NCBI GenBank assembly: GCA_902158735.1
Contig: CABGHG010000001.1
Coordinates: forward strand, 1 to 30,589
From: Candidatus Methanolliviera sp. GoM_oil
GTDB taxonomy: Archaea; Halobacteriota; Methanoliparia; Methanoliparales; Methanoliparaceae
Direction: 5' to 3'
Length of the DNA stretch: 30,589 nt
Shown here one piece after another: positions 8,219-16,970 of this stretch (position 1 is the stretch's first letter; each line of letters opens with the position of its first letter). The notes beneath the pieces are model-generated. The model saw only the letters and a list, made by a program, of their open reading frames with translations, was not told the origin of the DNA and searched no databases. A program made the translations under genes and the position numbers.

Positions 8219-8965
8219 ATGACACACAAAAGATATGCAGATAAAATCGTGGAATGGATAAGAGAGATTGTAAAAGATGCAGGCGCCGAAGGAGTGGTTG
8301 TTGGGATGAGTGGGGGGATAGACAGCGCGGTTACGTCCGTTCTATGTAAGAAGGCGGTTCAAAATACGTTGGGTTTGATACTTCCAATCTATAGCAGAGA
8401 AGAGGACAAAAAGGATGCAATATCGGTTGCAGAGCAGTTTAAAATAGATTATAAAGTAATCGACCTCTCCTCCATCTTTGATGAATTATGTAGATCCATC
8501 GGGGAGAGAATATCCGAAAGCGATCTTCGGGGAAATATGGCATCCTCAAATCTTAAACCGAGACTTAGGATGATCACACTCTACTATTTTGCGAATAAGA
8601 ACAATTATCTCGTTGCCGGAACGAGTAACAAGAGCGAGCTTGCGATCGGTTACTTCACGAAATATGGAGATTCTGGAGCAGATTTTGAGCCATTGGGGGA
8701 TTTCTACAAGACGGAAGTCTATGATCTCGCGAGAAATCTTGAAATACCAAGAAAGATCATCGATAAAGCGCCGAGCGCCGGTCTTTGGAGTGGGCAGACG
8801 GATGAAGAAGAGGTAGGAATAAGCTACAAAGAACTGGATGGAATATTGTATGGACTGGAGCATAAAGAGAGATTTACAGATACCAAGAAGGTTGAATACG
8901 TGAAGGAACTCGTAAAGCGTTCAGAGCATAAGAGAAGAGCGCTTCCTACATTTAAGAAACTTTAA
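8219..8965 (+). CDS. nadE: NH3-dependent NAD+ synthetase
   Basis: SGGIDS PP-loop, NLKPRLRM, GTSNKSELAIGYFTKYGD, APSAGLWSGQTDEEE; no glutaminase domain. Confidence 0.96.
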   Translation: MTHKRYADKIVEWIREIVKDAGAEGVVVGMSGGIDSAVTSVLCKKAVQNTLGLILPIYSREEDKKDAISVAEQFKIDYKVIDLSSIFDELCRSIGERISESDLRGNMASSNLKPRLRMITLYYFANKNNYLVAGTSNKSELAIGYFTKYGDSGADFEPLGDFYKTEVYDLARNLEIPRKIIDKAPSAGLWSGQTDEEEVGISYKELDGILYGLEHKERFTDTKKVEYVKELVKRSEHKRRALPTFKKL

Positions 8966-9047
8966 TTCCATTCACTTTGCACGGAGAAGGATAAGAGGGA
9001 TACTTTTTTATATTGTTTCTCCTCTTTTTACCCAAAAAGGTGATGTG

Positions 9048-9926
9048 ATGGAAGAAAGAAGCAAAAAGAAAAATATCCCGTTTGACCACGACCTCTTTGC
9101 CGCCCAGATGCGAAGGATAAAGGAGCACCCTTGTTTCAGCGAGCGTGCATGCCATCTATTCGGAAGGATGCACCTTGCGGTCGCTCCCAAATGCAACATC
9201 CAATGCAATTACTGCATACGAGACTTCGACTGTGTGAACGAGAGCAGACCCGGCGTCTGCAGCAGGGTGCTAAAGCCAGAAGAGGCTGTATTTTATGTGA
9301 GAAAGGCAATAAAAGATTTCCCATACATAAAGGTCATCGCGATTGCAGGACCAGGAGAACCGCTCTACAATGAGGAGACGTTTGAGACGCTCGAACTGAT
9401 GAAGGAAAATTTCCCACATCAGATGAAGTGCCTTAGCACGAATGGTCTATTACTTCCAGAGAAGGCAAAAAGATTGAATGATCTTAACGTCGGAAACCTC
9501 ACCGTCACGGTGAACTCGGTAGATCCAAAGATCGGGGCAAAGATCTATTCTTTCGTGAACTATCATGGAAAGATATTGGAGGGAGAAGAGGGCGCAAGGG
9601 TGCTTATGGAGAAACAGTTAGAGGGGATAAAGAAGGCGATTGAATATAAGATGATCGTCAAGGTGAATACGGTATATATCCCCGGAATAAATGATGAACA
9701 CATGATAGAGGTTGCTAAACGCGTGAAAGAGCTCGGTGTCTATATGCAGAATCTAATACCACTCATCCCGCAGTACAAATTTGAAGACATAGAACCACCA
9801 ACACCTGAAGATGTGGAGAAGAAGCAAGAGGAATTAGGAGAAGTTTTGAAGCAGATGACGCACTGCAGACGGTGTAGGGCAGATGCCATCGGGAGACTCG
9901 GGCATGATGTGCAGGATCAGATATAA
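9048..9926 (+). CDS. nifB: Stand-alone radical-SAM NifB (no NifX domain)
   Basis: NifB fingerprint motifs are all present: HPC, CNIQCNYC, ESRP, AGPG, TVTVN, CRRCRADAIG. GGTGA SD at 9039-9043 before ATG 9048 (ORF track uses GTG 9045). Confidence 0.92.
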   Translation: MEERSKKKNIPFDHDLFAAQMRRIKEHPCFSERACHLFGRMHLAVAPKCNIQCNYCIRDFDCVNESRPGVCSRVLKPEEAVFYVRKAIKDFPYIKVIAIAGPGEPLYNEETFETLELMKENFPHQMKCLSTNGLLLPEKAKRLNDLNVGNLTVTVNSVDPKIGAKIYSFVNYHGKILEGEEGARVLMEKQLEGIKKAIEYKMIVKVNTVYIPGINDEHMIEVAKRVKELGVYMQNLIPLIPQYKFEDIEPPTPEDVEKKQEELGEVLKQMTHCRRCRADAIGRLGHDVQDQI

Positions 9927-10066
9927 CTACGCTTACCTTATCCAATAGAACACTCCACTGCCTTCTTCCACCCTGCATATCCCTTCTCTCTCTGCTTCAC
10001 TCCATATAGGCTCGAATTTTCTGTATATCTTATAGATATGATTCCAAGATCGACCATCCGCGTTAT

Positions 10067-10084
10067 ACCAAAGCTTTTTATAAG
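10067..10084 (+). promoter_or_regulatory. Putative BRE/TATA promoter of the ribosomal superoperon
   Basis: ACCAAAGC-TTTTTATAA (10075-10083), about 30 nt before the uL3 ATG. Confidence 0.5.
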
Positions 10085-10111
10085 ATAGTAATCCTGCCAA
10101 AGAAGAGAAAA

Positions 10112-11158
10112 ATGCCAACAAAACATCGCCCAAGGCGTGGATCGCTCGCCTTTAGCCCGAGAAAAAGGGCAAAGAGTGAGATACCACGATATGGGGCATG
10201 GCCACCGTCTAAGAAAGTAAAATTACTTGGATTTGCCGGATACAAAGCTGGGATGACCCACGTTATCATAAAAGATGATCGAGAATATAGTCCAACAAAG
10301 GATGAGGAAATATTCGTCCCGACGACTGTTATAGAGGCTCCAAATATGAAAATAGCCGGTATACGTGCCTATAAAGATACAACTTATGGTCTAAAACCGA
10401 TTGGAGAGGTTTGGACAGTAAATTTGGATAAGGAACTAAAAAGACGGGTGCGTGTCGCAAAAAACCAAGAAAAAAGTGACGAAGAATCGTTTAGGCGATT
10501 GGAGGGAGTAAAAGAGAGCATATCAAAGGTTAGGGCGATCGCCTACACGAGACCAAAGTTGGTCAGCGGAGTTCCAAAGAAGATTCCGGAGATCATGGAG
10601 ATTGAGATAGGCGGAGAAGAGATAGGAGAGATCCTCGAATATTCTAAAAGTCTTTTAGGAAGAGAGATAAAAGTTTCAGAAGTATTAGAAGAGGGAGAAT
10701 TCGTTGATGTCTCTGCTATAACGACGGGAAAGGGTTTTCAGGGTCCTGTAAAGAGGTGGGGCATCATGACGCAGAACGAAAAGCAGGGAAGAGGGGGCAA
10801 GAGGAGACATATTGGAAACTTGGGCCCATGGTTTCCGTCCAGAACCAGGTGGACCGTTCCACAGGCAGGCCAGTTGGGCTATCAGCAGAGGACGGAGTTT
10901 AACAAGGAGATAATATCCATCGGGGAAGATGGGGCAGAGATAATACCGGATGGTGGATTCGTGCATTATGGTGTCGTCAAGAACCCTTATCTTCTCGTCA
11001 AAGGGACCGTTCCCGGACCTAAGAAGAGACTTATAAGGATGAGGGGTGCAATGAGGATGCAATCTGCACAGAAAATTTCCAATATTCACACGCCGGAGGT
11101 CGTTTCTGGCGTCCATAAAGTTGAATATATCAGTGTCAAATCACAGCAGGGTAGATGA
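10112..11158 (+). CDS. rpl3: 50S ribosomal protein uL3
   Basis: HRPRRGSLAFSPRKRA, GFAGYKAGMTH, TTGKGFQGPVKRWG. Confidence 0.98.
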   Translation: MPTKHRPRRGSLAFSPRKRAKSEIPRYGAWPPSKKVKLLGFAGYKAGMTHVIIKDDREYSPTKDEEIFVPTTVIEAPNMKIAGIRAYKDTTYGLKPIGEVWTVNLDKELKRRVRVAKNQEKSDEESFRRLEGVKESISKVRAIAYTRPKLVSGVPKKIPEIMEIEIGGEEIGEILEYSKSLLGREIKVSEVLEEGEFVDVSAITTGKGFQGPVKRWGIMTQNEKQGRGGKRRHIGNLGPWFPSRTRWTVPQAGQLGYQQRTEFNKEIISIGEDGAEIIPDGGFVHYGVVKNPYLLVKGTVPGPKKRLIRMRGAMRMQSAQKISNIHTPEVVSGVHKVEYISVKSQQGR

Positions 11159-11161
11159 TAT

Positions 11162-11926
11162 ATGAACGATGCAAAAAAAGCAAGAATATTTAATATGTCC
11201 GGGGAGGCGGTTGGGGAGATAGATCTGCCCAACACTTTTGGCGAGCCGTACAGGCCCGACATCATCAAAAAAGCCGTTCTCTCCATTCAGTCGAGGAGAT
11301 ACCAGCCACACGGGGTGAAGCCTTATGCAGGCTATGACACGTCCGCAGAATCGTGGGGCGTGGGGCGAGGAGTATCGAGGATTGCAAGGATCAAAAATGG
11401 TAGAAGAGCCGCAAGATCTCCCGGGGCAGTTGGAGGGCGGAGAGCACATCCTCCAAAAGTGGAAAAGAATCTTCTCGAGAAGATAAATAAGAAAGAGATG
11501 AGAAAGGCACTCAGATCTGCAATAGCTGCCACGTCTGATAAGGATCTGGTTATGAGGAGAGGGCACACCTTTGAGGGAGAAGTTCCAATCATTCTAAAAG
11601 ACGAGATAGAGGGATTGAGCAAGACTAAAGAGGTTGAAGAGCTTTTTAAACGTGTTAGGGTTTGGGACGACGTGGAAAGGGCAAAAGAAAAGAAGATAAG
11701 GTCGGGTAAAGGTAAGATGCGGGGTAGAAGATACAAACGAAAGAGGAGTGCCCTCATCATAACGGTAGATGATAAAGGACTTAGGAAAGCATCTAGGAAT
11801 CTGCCTGGGGTCGATTTTTCCCTTCTAAGCGACCTGAATGTAGAGTTACTCGCCCCGGGAACCCACGCCGGAAGATTGACTATCTGGTCAGAGTCGGCGG
11901 TAAAGATGTTAAGGGAGTTTGGATAA
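11162..11926 (+). CDS. rpl4: 50S ribosomal protein uL4
   Basis: SAESWGVGRGVSRIAR, GGRRAHPPKVEK, LLAPGTHAGRLTIWSESA. Confidence 0.98.
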   Translation: MNDAKKARIFNMSGEAVGEIDLPNTFGEPYRPDIIKKAVLSIQSRRYQPHGVKPYAGYDTSAESWGVGRGVSRIARIKNGRRAARSPGAVGGRRAHPPKVEKNLLEKINKKEMRKALRSAIAATSDKDLVMRRGHTFEGEVPIILKDEIEGLSKTKEVEELFKRVRVWDDVERAKEKKIRSGKGKMRGRRYKRKRSALIITVDDKGLRKASRNLPGVDFSLLSDLNVELLAPGTHAGRLTIWSESAVKMLREFG

Positions 11927-11928
11927 AG

Positions 11929-12177
11929 ATGATCTTGAAGAGACCGGTAGCATCGGAGAAGGCGGTACTTGAGATGGAGAAGAACAATGTAGTTTGTTTC
12001 ATCGTCGATAATAATGCGAGAAAAGATAGAATAAAGGACGAATTTGAGGAGCTATACGGCGTGAAAGTAGAAAAAGTTAATACGATATTAACATTTAAGG
12101 GTGAGAAGAAGGCGATGTTGAGACTTTCGGATAAATATAAAGCCGAAGACATCGCTACCAAGCTCGGGATAGTATAA
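11929..12177 (+). CDS. rpl23: 50S ribosomal protein uL23
   Basis: PVASEKA, VKVEKVNT, GEKKAMLRL; operon position. Confidence 0.96.
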   Translation: MILKRPVASEKAVLEMEKNNVVCFIVDNNARKDRIKDEFEELYGVKVEKVNTILTFKGEKKAMLRLSDKYKAEDIATKLGIV

Positions 12178-12179
12178 AT

Positions 12180-12905
12180 ATGGGTAAGCGAATTATCTCT
12201 CAAAATAGGGGAAAGGGTACACCGACATACAGGGCACCACCACATAGGCGTAAAGAGGGATTGATCCACCCCGGGCTCTATGATGGTAAGACTATGAAAG
12301 GAGAGATCATAAAGATTGCTCATGACCCTGCGAGGAGTGCACCGATTGCCAGTGCAGTCTTTGAAGAGGAGAATAAAAGGGAAGAGAAGATGATTTTGGT
12401 TCCAGAAGGGGTCTTTGTCGGACAAAAGATTGTATGCGGAGAGGGGGCACCTTTAGAGGTTGGAAATACCCTTCCCGTTTTGAATATACCTGAGGGAACC
12501 CTAATTTGTAATATAGAATCTAAACCGGGCGATGGTGGAAAATTTGCGAGAGCTTCTGGTGTTTATGGTGCGATCATATCGCACGAGAGAGGAAAGACGA
12601 TCGTTCGGTTACCGAGTGGTGGAACGAAGAAGCTTGATTCTAAGTGCAGGGCAACTATAGGGATCGTCGCTGGAGGGGGCAAGAGAGAGAAGCCATTTTT
12701 AAAGGCTGGAAAGAAACATAACGCCTTAAAAAGTAAGGCACAGAAATATCCGAAGGTCAGTGCCGTTAAGATGAACTCCGTCGATCACCCCTTTGGTGGT
12801 GGAGGTCATAAGCATATCGGCAGACGGAAGTCGGTATCAAGGGGCACTCCGCCTGGTAGAAAGGTCGGGAGCATTAGTCCGAGAAGAACTGGAAGAGGGA
12901 GATGA
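12180..12905 (+). CDS. rpl2: 50S ribosomal protein uL2
   Basis: MGKRIISQNRGKG, HDPARSAPIA, DGGKFARASG, DHPFGGG. Confidence 0.98.
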   Translation: MGKRIISQNRGKGTPTYRAPPHRRKEGLIHPGLYDGKTMKGEIIKIAHDPARSAPIASAVFEEENKREEKMILVPEGVFVGQKIVCGEGAPLEVGNTLPVLNIPEGTLICNIESKPGDGGKFARASGVYGAIISHERGKTIVRLPSGGTKKLDSKCRATIGIVAGGGKREKPFLKAGKKHNALKSKAQKYPKVSAVKMNSVDHPFGGGGHKHIGRRKSVSRGTPPGRKVGSISPRRTGRGR

Positions 12906-12908
12906 AAG

Positions 12909-13313
12909 ATGGTCAAGAAAGATAGAAAAGTTCCAAAGAGGAAAGAATTTACATTTAGGGGTTATAAACAGGATGAATTACAGAAGATGAGCTTAGAGAC
13001 GCTATCAGAGATTTTACCTTCTAGACAGAGAAGGAAGATAAAGAGAGGGTTTAAAGAAGAGGAAAAGACGTTTCTTAAAAAAATCAAGGAGAAAGAAACC
13101 GCTAAGACGCATTTAAGAAATATGATCGTGCTTCCATCGATGATCGGTAAGAAGGTGGGAATACATAATGGTAAGGGCTTCACCTTCGTCGAGATTCAGC
13201 CTGAGATGGTCGGGCACTATCTGGGCGAGTTCGCACTGACAAGAAAAGAGGTGAAGCATGGAAGTGCCGGGCTTGGAGCCACTAAATCGAGCAAGTTTAT
13301 ACCATTGAGATGA
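12909..13313 (+). CDS. rps19: 30S ribosomal protein uS19
   Basis: FTFRGY, KTHLRNMIVLPSMIG, MVGHYLGEFALTRK. Confidence 0.97.
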   Translation: MVKKDRKVPKRKEFTFRGYKQDELQKMSLETLSEILPSRQRRKIKRGFKEEEKTFLKKIKEKETAKTHLRNMIVLPSMIGKKVGIHNGKGFTFVEIQPEMVGHYLGEFALTRKEVKHGSAGLGATKSSKFIPLR

Positions 13314-13325
13314 GGCTAAAGAGAT

Positions 13326-13787
13326 ATGCCGAGCAGACACAGATACTCTATCGATGCAGATCCGGTGCATGGTGTGCATTCTTATGGGCGAGAAATTGCG
13401 ATCTCCCAGAAACATTCTATGGAGATCTGCAGGGAGATTAAGGGAATGAAGGTTGGTACGGCAAAAGGCTATCTAAAAGATGTTATATCACTTAAAAAGC
13501 CTGTCCCTTTCAGGAAACACAACAAAAAGGTAGCACATAGAAAGATGAAGGGGTGGGATGCCGGAAAATTTCCAGAGAAAGCTGCCTCTGGGATATTGAG
13601 ATTACTGGAGAACGCAGAAAAGAATGCAGAATATAAAGGGCTAAATTCCGATGAGATGGTGATAAAGCACATAATGGCAAGCAAGGGGCGGCAGATGATG
13701 GGCTTTTATCCAAGGGCAATGGGTAGAACGACTCCAAAAAGGAAGATCTCTACAAATATTGAGATGATATTGGAAGAGGTGCAATGA
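13326..13787 (+). CDS. rpl22: 50S ribosomal protein uL22
   Basis: ISQKHSMEICREIKG, GKFPEKAA, NAEKNAEYKGL, PRAMGR. Confidence 0.97.
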   Translation: MPSRHRYSIDADPVHGVHSYGREIAISQKHSMEICREIKGMKVGTAKGYLKDVISLKKPVPFRKHNKKVAHRKMKGWDAGKFPEKAASGILRLLENAEKNAEYKGLNSDEMVIKHIMASKGRQMMGFYPRAMGRTTPKRKISTNIEMILEEVQ

Positions 13788-13811
13788 TGTGGGCAAACCG
13801 GAGATTTTTGA
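13787..13811 (+). repeat. Monomeric, degenerate copy of the hairpin-module family; fills the rpl22-rps3 spacer
   Basis: ATGTGGGCAAACCGGAGATTTTTGA then ATG. The first 21 nt match 18587-18607 at 18/21 positions; the last 12 nt are identical to 18671-18682. Confidence 0.8.
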
Positions 13812-14606
13812 ATGCCAGTTGAGAAGAAATTCATCATGGAAGGACTCGAAAAATATAGGTTGAATGAGTTCCTCGCGAAATCTCTCGTGACGGCAGGTTA
13901 TGGTGGAGCAGAATTGAACAGGACACCTCTCGGCATGCAGATAATTGTCTATGTTGAAAAACCGGGATTGGTGATAGGGAGAGGTGGCGAAAAGATAAGA
14001 AAAACCACCGAAGAGATCCGAAAGAAGTTTAATTTAGATAACCCACAGATAGAAGTGGTAGAATCTGAGAATGCACGATTAAATCCCCTAATAATGGCAA
14101 ATAGACTTGCGAATTTGTTGGAGAGAGGGTGGTATTTTAGAAGAGCAGGTCACAACATATTGAGAGAGATAATGGCTGCGGGGGCGCTTGGATGCGAGAT
14201 CGTGCTTGCGGGGAAGCTTACTGGTCCAAGAGCGAGGACGGAAAAATTTGTTAAAGGGTACATGATACATGCTGGAGAACCCGTAAATGATATTGTTAAG
14301 AGGGGATACACCATAGCCAAGAAGAAGCTCGGTGTGATAGGAGTTAATGTACGGATCATTCTTCCTTCCGCACGGTTGCCCGACAAATTCGAAGTTAAGG
14401 AGAAAGAAGAAGTGACGGTAGCAGTTAAGGAGAAAGAAGAAGTGACGGTAGCAGTTAAGGATAAAGAAGAAGTGACGGTAGCAGTTAAGGATAAAGAAGA
14501 AGCTACGGTAGTGGTTAAGGATAAAGAAGGAGCTACGGTAGTGGTTAAGGATAAAGAAGAAGCTACGGTAGCAGTTAAGGATAAAGAAGAAGCGACAGAG
14601 GGATGA
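13812..14606 (+). CDS. rps3: 30S ribosomal protein uS3 with a repetitive C-terminal tail
   Basis: KH motif KPGLVIGRGG, ERGWYFRRAG, GKLTGPRARTEKF, followed by 7 decapeptide repeats. Confidence 0.97.
   Translation: MPVEKKFIMEGLEKYRLNEFLAKSLVTAGYGGAELNRTPLGMQIIVYVEKPGLVIGRGGEKIRKTTEEIRKKFNLDNPQIEVVESENARLNPLIMANRLANLLERGWYFRRAGHNILREIMAAGALGCEIVLAGKLTGPRARTEKFVKGYMIHAGEPVNDIVKRGYTIAKKKLGVIGVNVRIILPSARLPDKFEVKEKEEVTVAVKEKEEVTVAVKDKEEVTVAVKDKEEATVVVKDKEGATVVVKDKEEATVAVKDKEEATEG
14394..14603 (+). repeat. In-frame 30-bp tandem repeat, 7 units, encoding VK(E/D)KE(E/G)(V/A)TV(A/V)
   Basis: Unit GTTAAGGA(G/T)AAAGAAG(A/G)AG(TG/CT)ACGGTAG(CA/TG) starts at 14394, 14424, 14454, 14484, 14514, 14544 and 14574 (last unit diverges at its 3' end). 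Confidence 0.98.
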
Positions 14607-14815
14607 AATTGGCACTGATGAGACCGAGTGAAATAAGAGAGATGAACGAATCTGAGAGAGAAAGAGCGTTAAAGAGGTTTCAATACGATCTTATAAAAGA
14701 GAGGGGCACTATTGCCGCAGGAGGGTCGCTAAAAAATCCTAGTAGGGTGCGGGCGATAAGAAAAGCCATAGCAAGAATAAAAACAATAAATAATGAGCTA
14801 AGGAGAAATAGGTAA
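14603..14815 (+). CDS. rpl29: 50S ribosomal protein uL29
   Basis: RPSEIREM, NPSRVRAIRKAIARIKTI; ATGA overlap with rps3. Confidence 0.95.
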   Translation: MKLALMRPSEIREMNESERERALKRFQYDLIKERGTIAAGGSLKNPSRVRAIRKAIARIKTINNELRRNR

Positions 14816-14820
14816 AAGAG

Positions 14821-15162
14821 ATGAGATTAAAACCGACGAACATATTGTATCACGAATTGATAGGGCTTGATGTAACAGTTGAAGATAGCAAGAATCCATA
14901 TCAGATCGGCATAAAGGGAAAAGTCACCGATGAGACGAAGAAGATGCTCGTGATCTCTGAGAGGTCAGAAGAGAAGAAGATTGCAAAGAAAGATGCAAAA
15001 TTCATGTTTAAAAATCCTTTGAGCGATGATTGCGAATCTTCGATTCGCAAACTTGAAGATGGAACATTTTCAAAGGATACTTGGAAGAATGTTCTGATAG
15101 ATGGAAGGCTGTTGGTCGGTAGGCCAGAGGAGAGAATTAAAAAGATGGGGGATACATCATGA
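14821..15162 (+). CDS. rnp1: Ribonuclease P protein component 1 (Rpp29/Pop4) with an internal insertion
   Basis: [44 protein letters not shown]; canonical position between rpl29 and rps17. Confidence 0.93.
   Translation: MRLKPTNILYHELIGLDVTVEDSKNPYQIGIKGKVTDETKKMLVISERSEEKKIAKKDAKFMFKNPLSDDCESSIRKLEDGTFSKDTWKNVLIDGRLLVGRPEERIKKMGDTS
15026..15073 (+). repeat. 48-bp dimeric hairpin element inside rnp1, in frame
   Basis: 40/48 ungapped identity to the minus strand of 27806-27853. Hairpins: TTGCGAATC-TTC-GATTCGCAA (15030-15050) and TTGAAGATG-GAA-CATTTTCAA (15053-15073, one G-T pair). Confidence 0.85.
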
Positions 15163-15473
15163 GAAATATTGGTCTAAACGTTAAACCGCCGGAGAGTGAA
15201 TGCAGCGATATAAATTGTCCTTTTCATGGAAATCTCTCCGTTAGAGGACAAGTCTTTGTCGGCAAGGTGGTAAGCTCAGAGGGTAAAACCGTCGTTGTTA
15301 GAAGGGAGATGAACCGATTTGTGAAGAAGTACGAGAGATATGAGAGAAGAAGCTCTAAGATTCACGCTCATGATCCCCCTTGCATCAAAATTAGGGTGGG
15401 AGACCTGGTAAAAGTAGCGGAATGCAGGCCGATCAGCAAGACCAAATCCTTCGTCGTCGTTGAGAGGCTATAA
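15159..15473 (+). CDS. rps17: 30S ribosomal protein uS17
   Basis: [46 protein letters not shown]. Confidence 0.97.
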   Translation: MRNIGLNVKPPESECSDINCPFHGNLSVRGQVFVGKVVSSEGKTVVVRREMNRFVKKYERYERRSSKIHAHDPPCIKIRVGDLVKVAECRPISKTKSFVVVERL

Positions 15474-15871
15474 TGAAAACGATCAAATCTAATGTAACAA
15501 AAGCGTTACAGACGCGCTCCAGACTTCTCTGTGCAGATAACAGCGGGGCAAAGATCTTGGAGATAATCAGTGTTAAAGGGTATAGGGGTGTTAGGAGAAG
15601 GTATCCGAAAGCCGGCATAGGGGATATAGTGGTGGTAACCGTAAAGAAGGGGGCACCTGAGATGAAAAAACAGATCTTAAATGCGGTGATAATCAGGCAA
15701 AAAAAAGAATTCAGAAGGTCAGACGGATCCAGGATTCAATTTGAAGATAATGCGGCCGTAATCATGGATGAAAGTGGTGGGTTGAAGGCTTCGGAGATAA
15801 AAGGCCCCGCCGCGAGAGAGGCAGTAGAGAGATTTTCTAAGATAGCTTCCCTGGCTTCTATGATCGTTTGA
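15473..15871 (+). CDS. rpl14: 50S ribosomal protein uL14
   Basis: [33 protein letters not shown]. Confidence 0.98.
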   Translation: MKTIKSNVTKALQTRSRLLCADNSGAKILEIISVKGYRGVRRRYPKAGIGDIVVVTVKKGAPEMKKQILNAVIIRQKKEFRRSDGSRIQFEDNAAVIMDESGGLKASEIKGPAAREAVERFSKIASLASMIV

Positions 15872-15883
15872 GGGAGTAATAAG

Positions 15884-16273
15884 ATGATCAAAGATCGAAG
15901 ATCTGCGACTGTGCACAAGACGAGATCAAAACAACCGAGAAAACAGAGAAGAGCTCTCTATAACGCACCTCTTCATATTAGACAGAAGCTCGTTAGAGCT
16001 CCATTGAGCACGGATCTGAGGGGGGAGTATGGGAAGAGAAGCGTCCAAGTTAGAACGGGAGATAGCGTTTTGATAATGAGGGGAGATAACAGAGGAAAGG
16101 AAGGTAAGGTTCAAAGGGTGGATCTAAAAAGCGTAAAGATATGGGTGGAAGGGCTGGTCATTGCAAAGTCCGATGGAACGGAAGTTCCAAGAGCCATTCA
16201 TCCGTCGAACGTTATGATAACCAAACTAAACTTGGATGATGAGGAGAGAATAAAGATTTTGGAGAGGAAGTAA
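15884..16273 (+). CDS. rpl24: 50S ribosomal protein uL24
   Basis: [38 protein letters not shown]. Confidence 0.97.
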   Translation: MIKDRRSATVHKTRSKQPRKQRRALYNAPLHIRQKLVRAPLSTDLRGEYGKRSVQVRTGDSVLIMRGDNRGKEGKVQRVDLKSVKIWVEGLVIAKSDGTEVPRAIHPSNVMITKLNLDDEERIKILERK

Positions 16274-16969
16274 ATGAGTGGATACCAGAAGAGGATATCA
16301 TCCCCACGGGCGTGGCCCATCGGGAGAAAAGAGCATAAGTGGATTGTTAAGCCGATACCAGGCACTCATTCTATAGAGCGGAGCATACCCTTGCTCGTGC
16401 TTCTAAGAGATATGCTCGGAGTTGTGGATAACGGCCATGAGGCAAAATATGCTCTTAGAAAGGGCCGCGTCTTGGTAGATGGCATAGTCAGGAAGGCTTA
16501 CCGGTTTCCGGTTGGTCTATTCGATCTGATAAGTATTCTCCCCGATTCAAACTACAGGGTTTTATTGGGTCATCGTGGAAAGATAACGGTTAGAGAGACG
16601 GATGAGCCAAAGGTAAAGTTATGTAAGATAGAGAAGAAGCAGGTGGTTAGAGGTGGAAAGATACAGATAGGGTTGCACGATGGGACAAACATCCTTACAA
16701 ATAATGATTACAGGAGAAAGGATTCGATCATGATATCTATTCCAGAGAGGGAGATCTTGAAACATATAAGATACGAAGTCGGCAGAGTTGCTCTGGTGAC
16801 AGGCGGAAAGCATACAGGAGAGGTAGGGAAGATAAAGAAGATAGAGGTTAGAGGGGGTTCAAATCCCAACATAGTGACGATAGAGATGGGTGATAAAATT
16901 TTTGAGACGATCGAGGATTATGTCTTTATCGTGGGCGAAGAAAAGCCTCTTCTAAATTTGGAGATCTAA
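16274..16969 (+). CDS. rps4e: 30S ribosomal protein eS4
   Basis: QKRISSPRAWPI, PGTHS, VDGIVRK, LHDGTN, VTGGKHTG. Confidence 0.97.
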   Translation: MSGYQKRISSPRAWPIGRKEHKWIVKPIPGTHSIERSIPLLVLLRDMLGVVDNGHEAKYALRKGRVLVDGIVRKAYRFPVGLFDLISILPDSNYRVLLGHRGKITVRETDEPKVKLCKIEKKQVVRGGKIQIGLHDGTNILTNNDYRRKDSIMISIPEREILKHIRYEVGRVALVTGGKHTGEVGKIKKIEVRGGSNPNIVTIEMGDKIFETIEDYVFIVGEEKPLLNLEI

Positions 16970-16970
16970 T

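Noticed and set aside
14394-14603. Possible CRISPR array or separate repeat protein (14088-14615, minus)
   Set aside because: The units are head-to-tail with no unique spacers and in frame with uS3; the minus-strand ORF is only their antisense reading.
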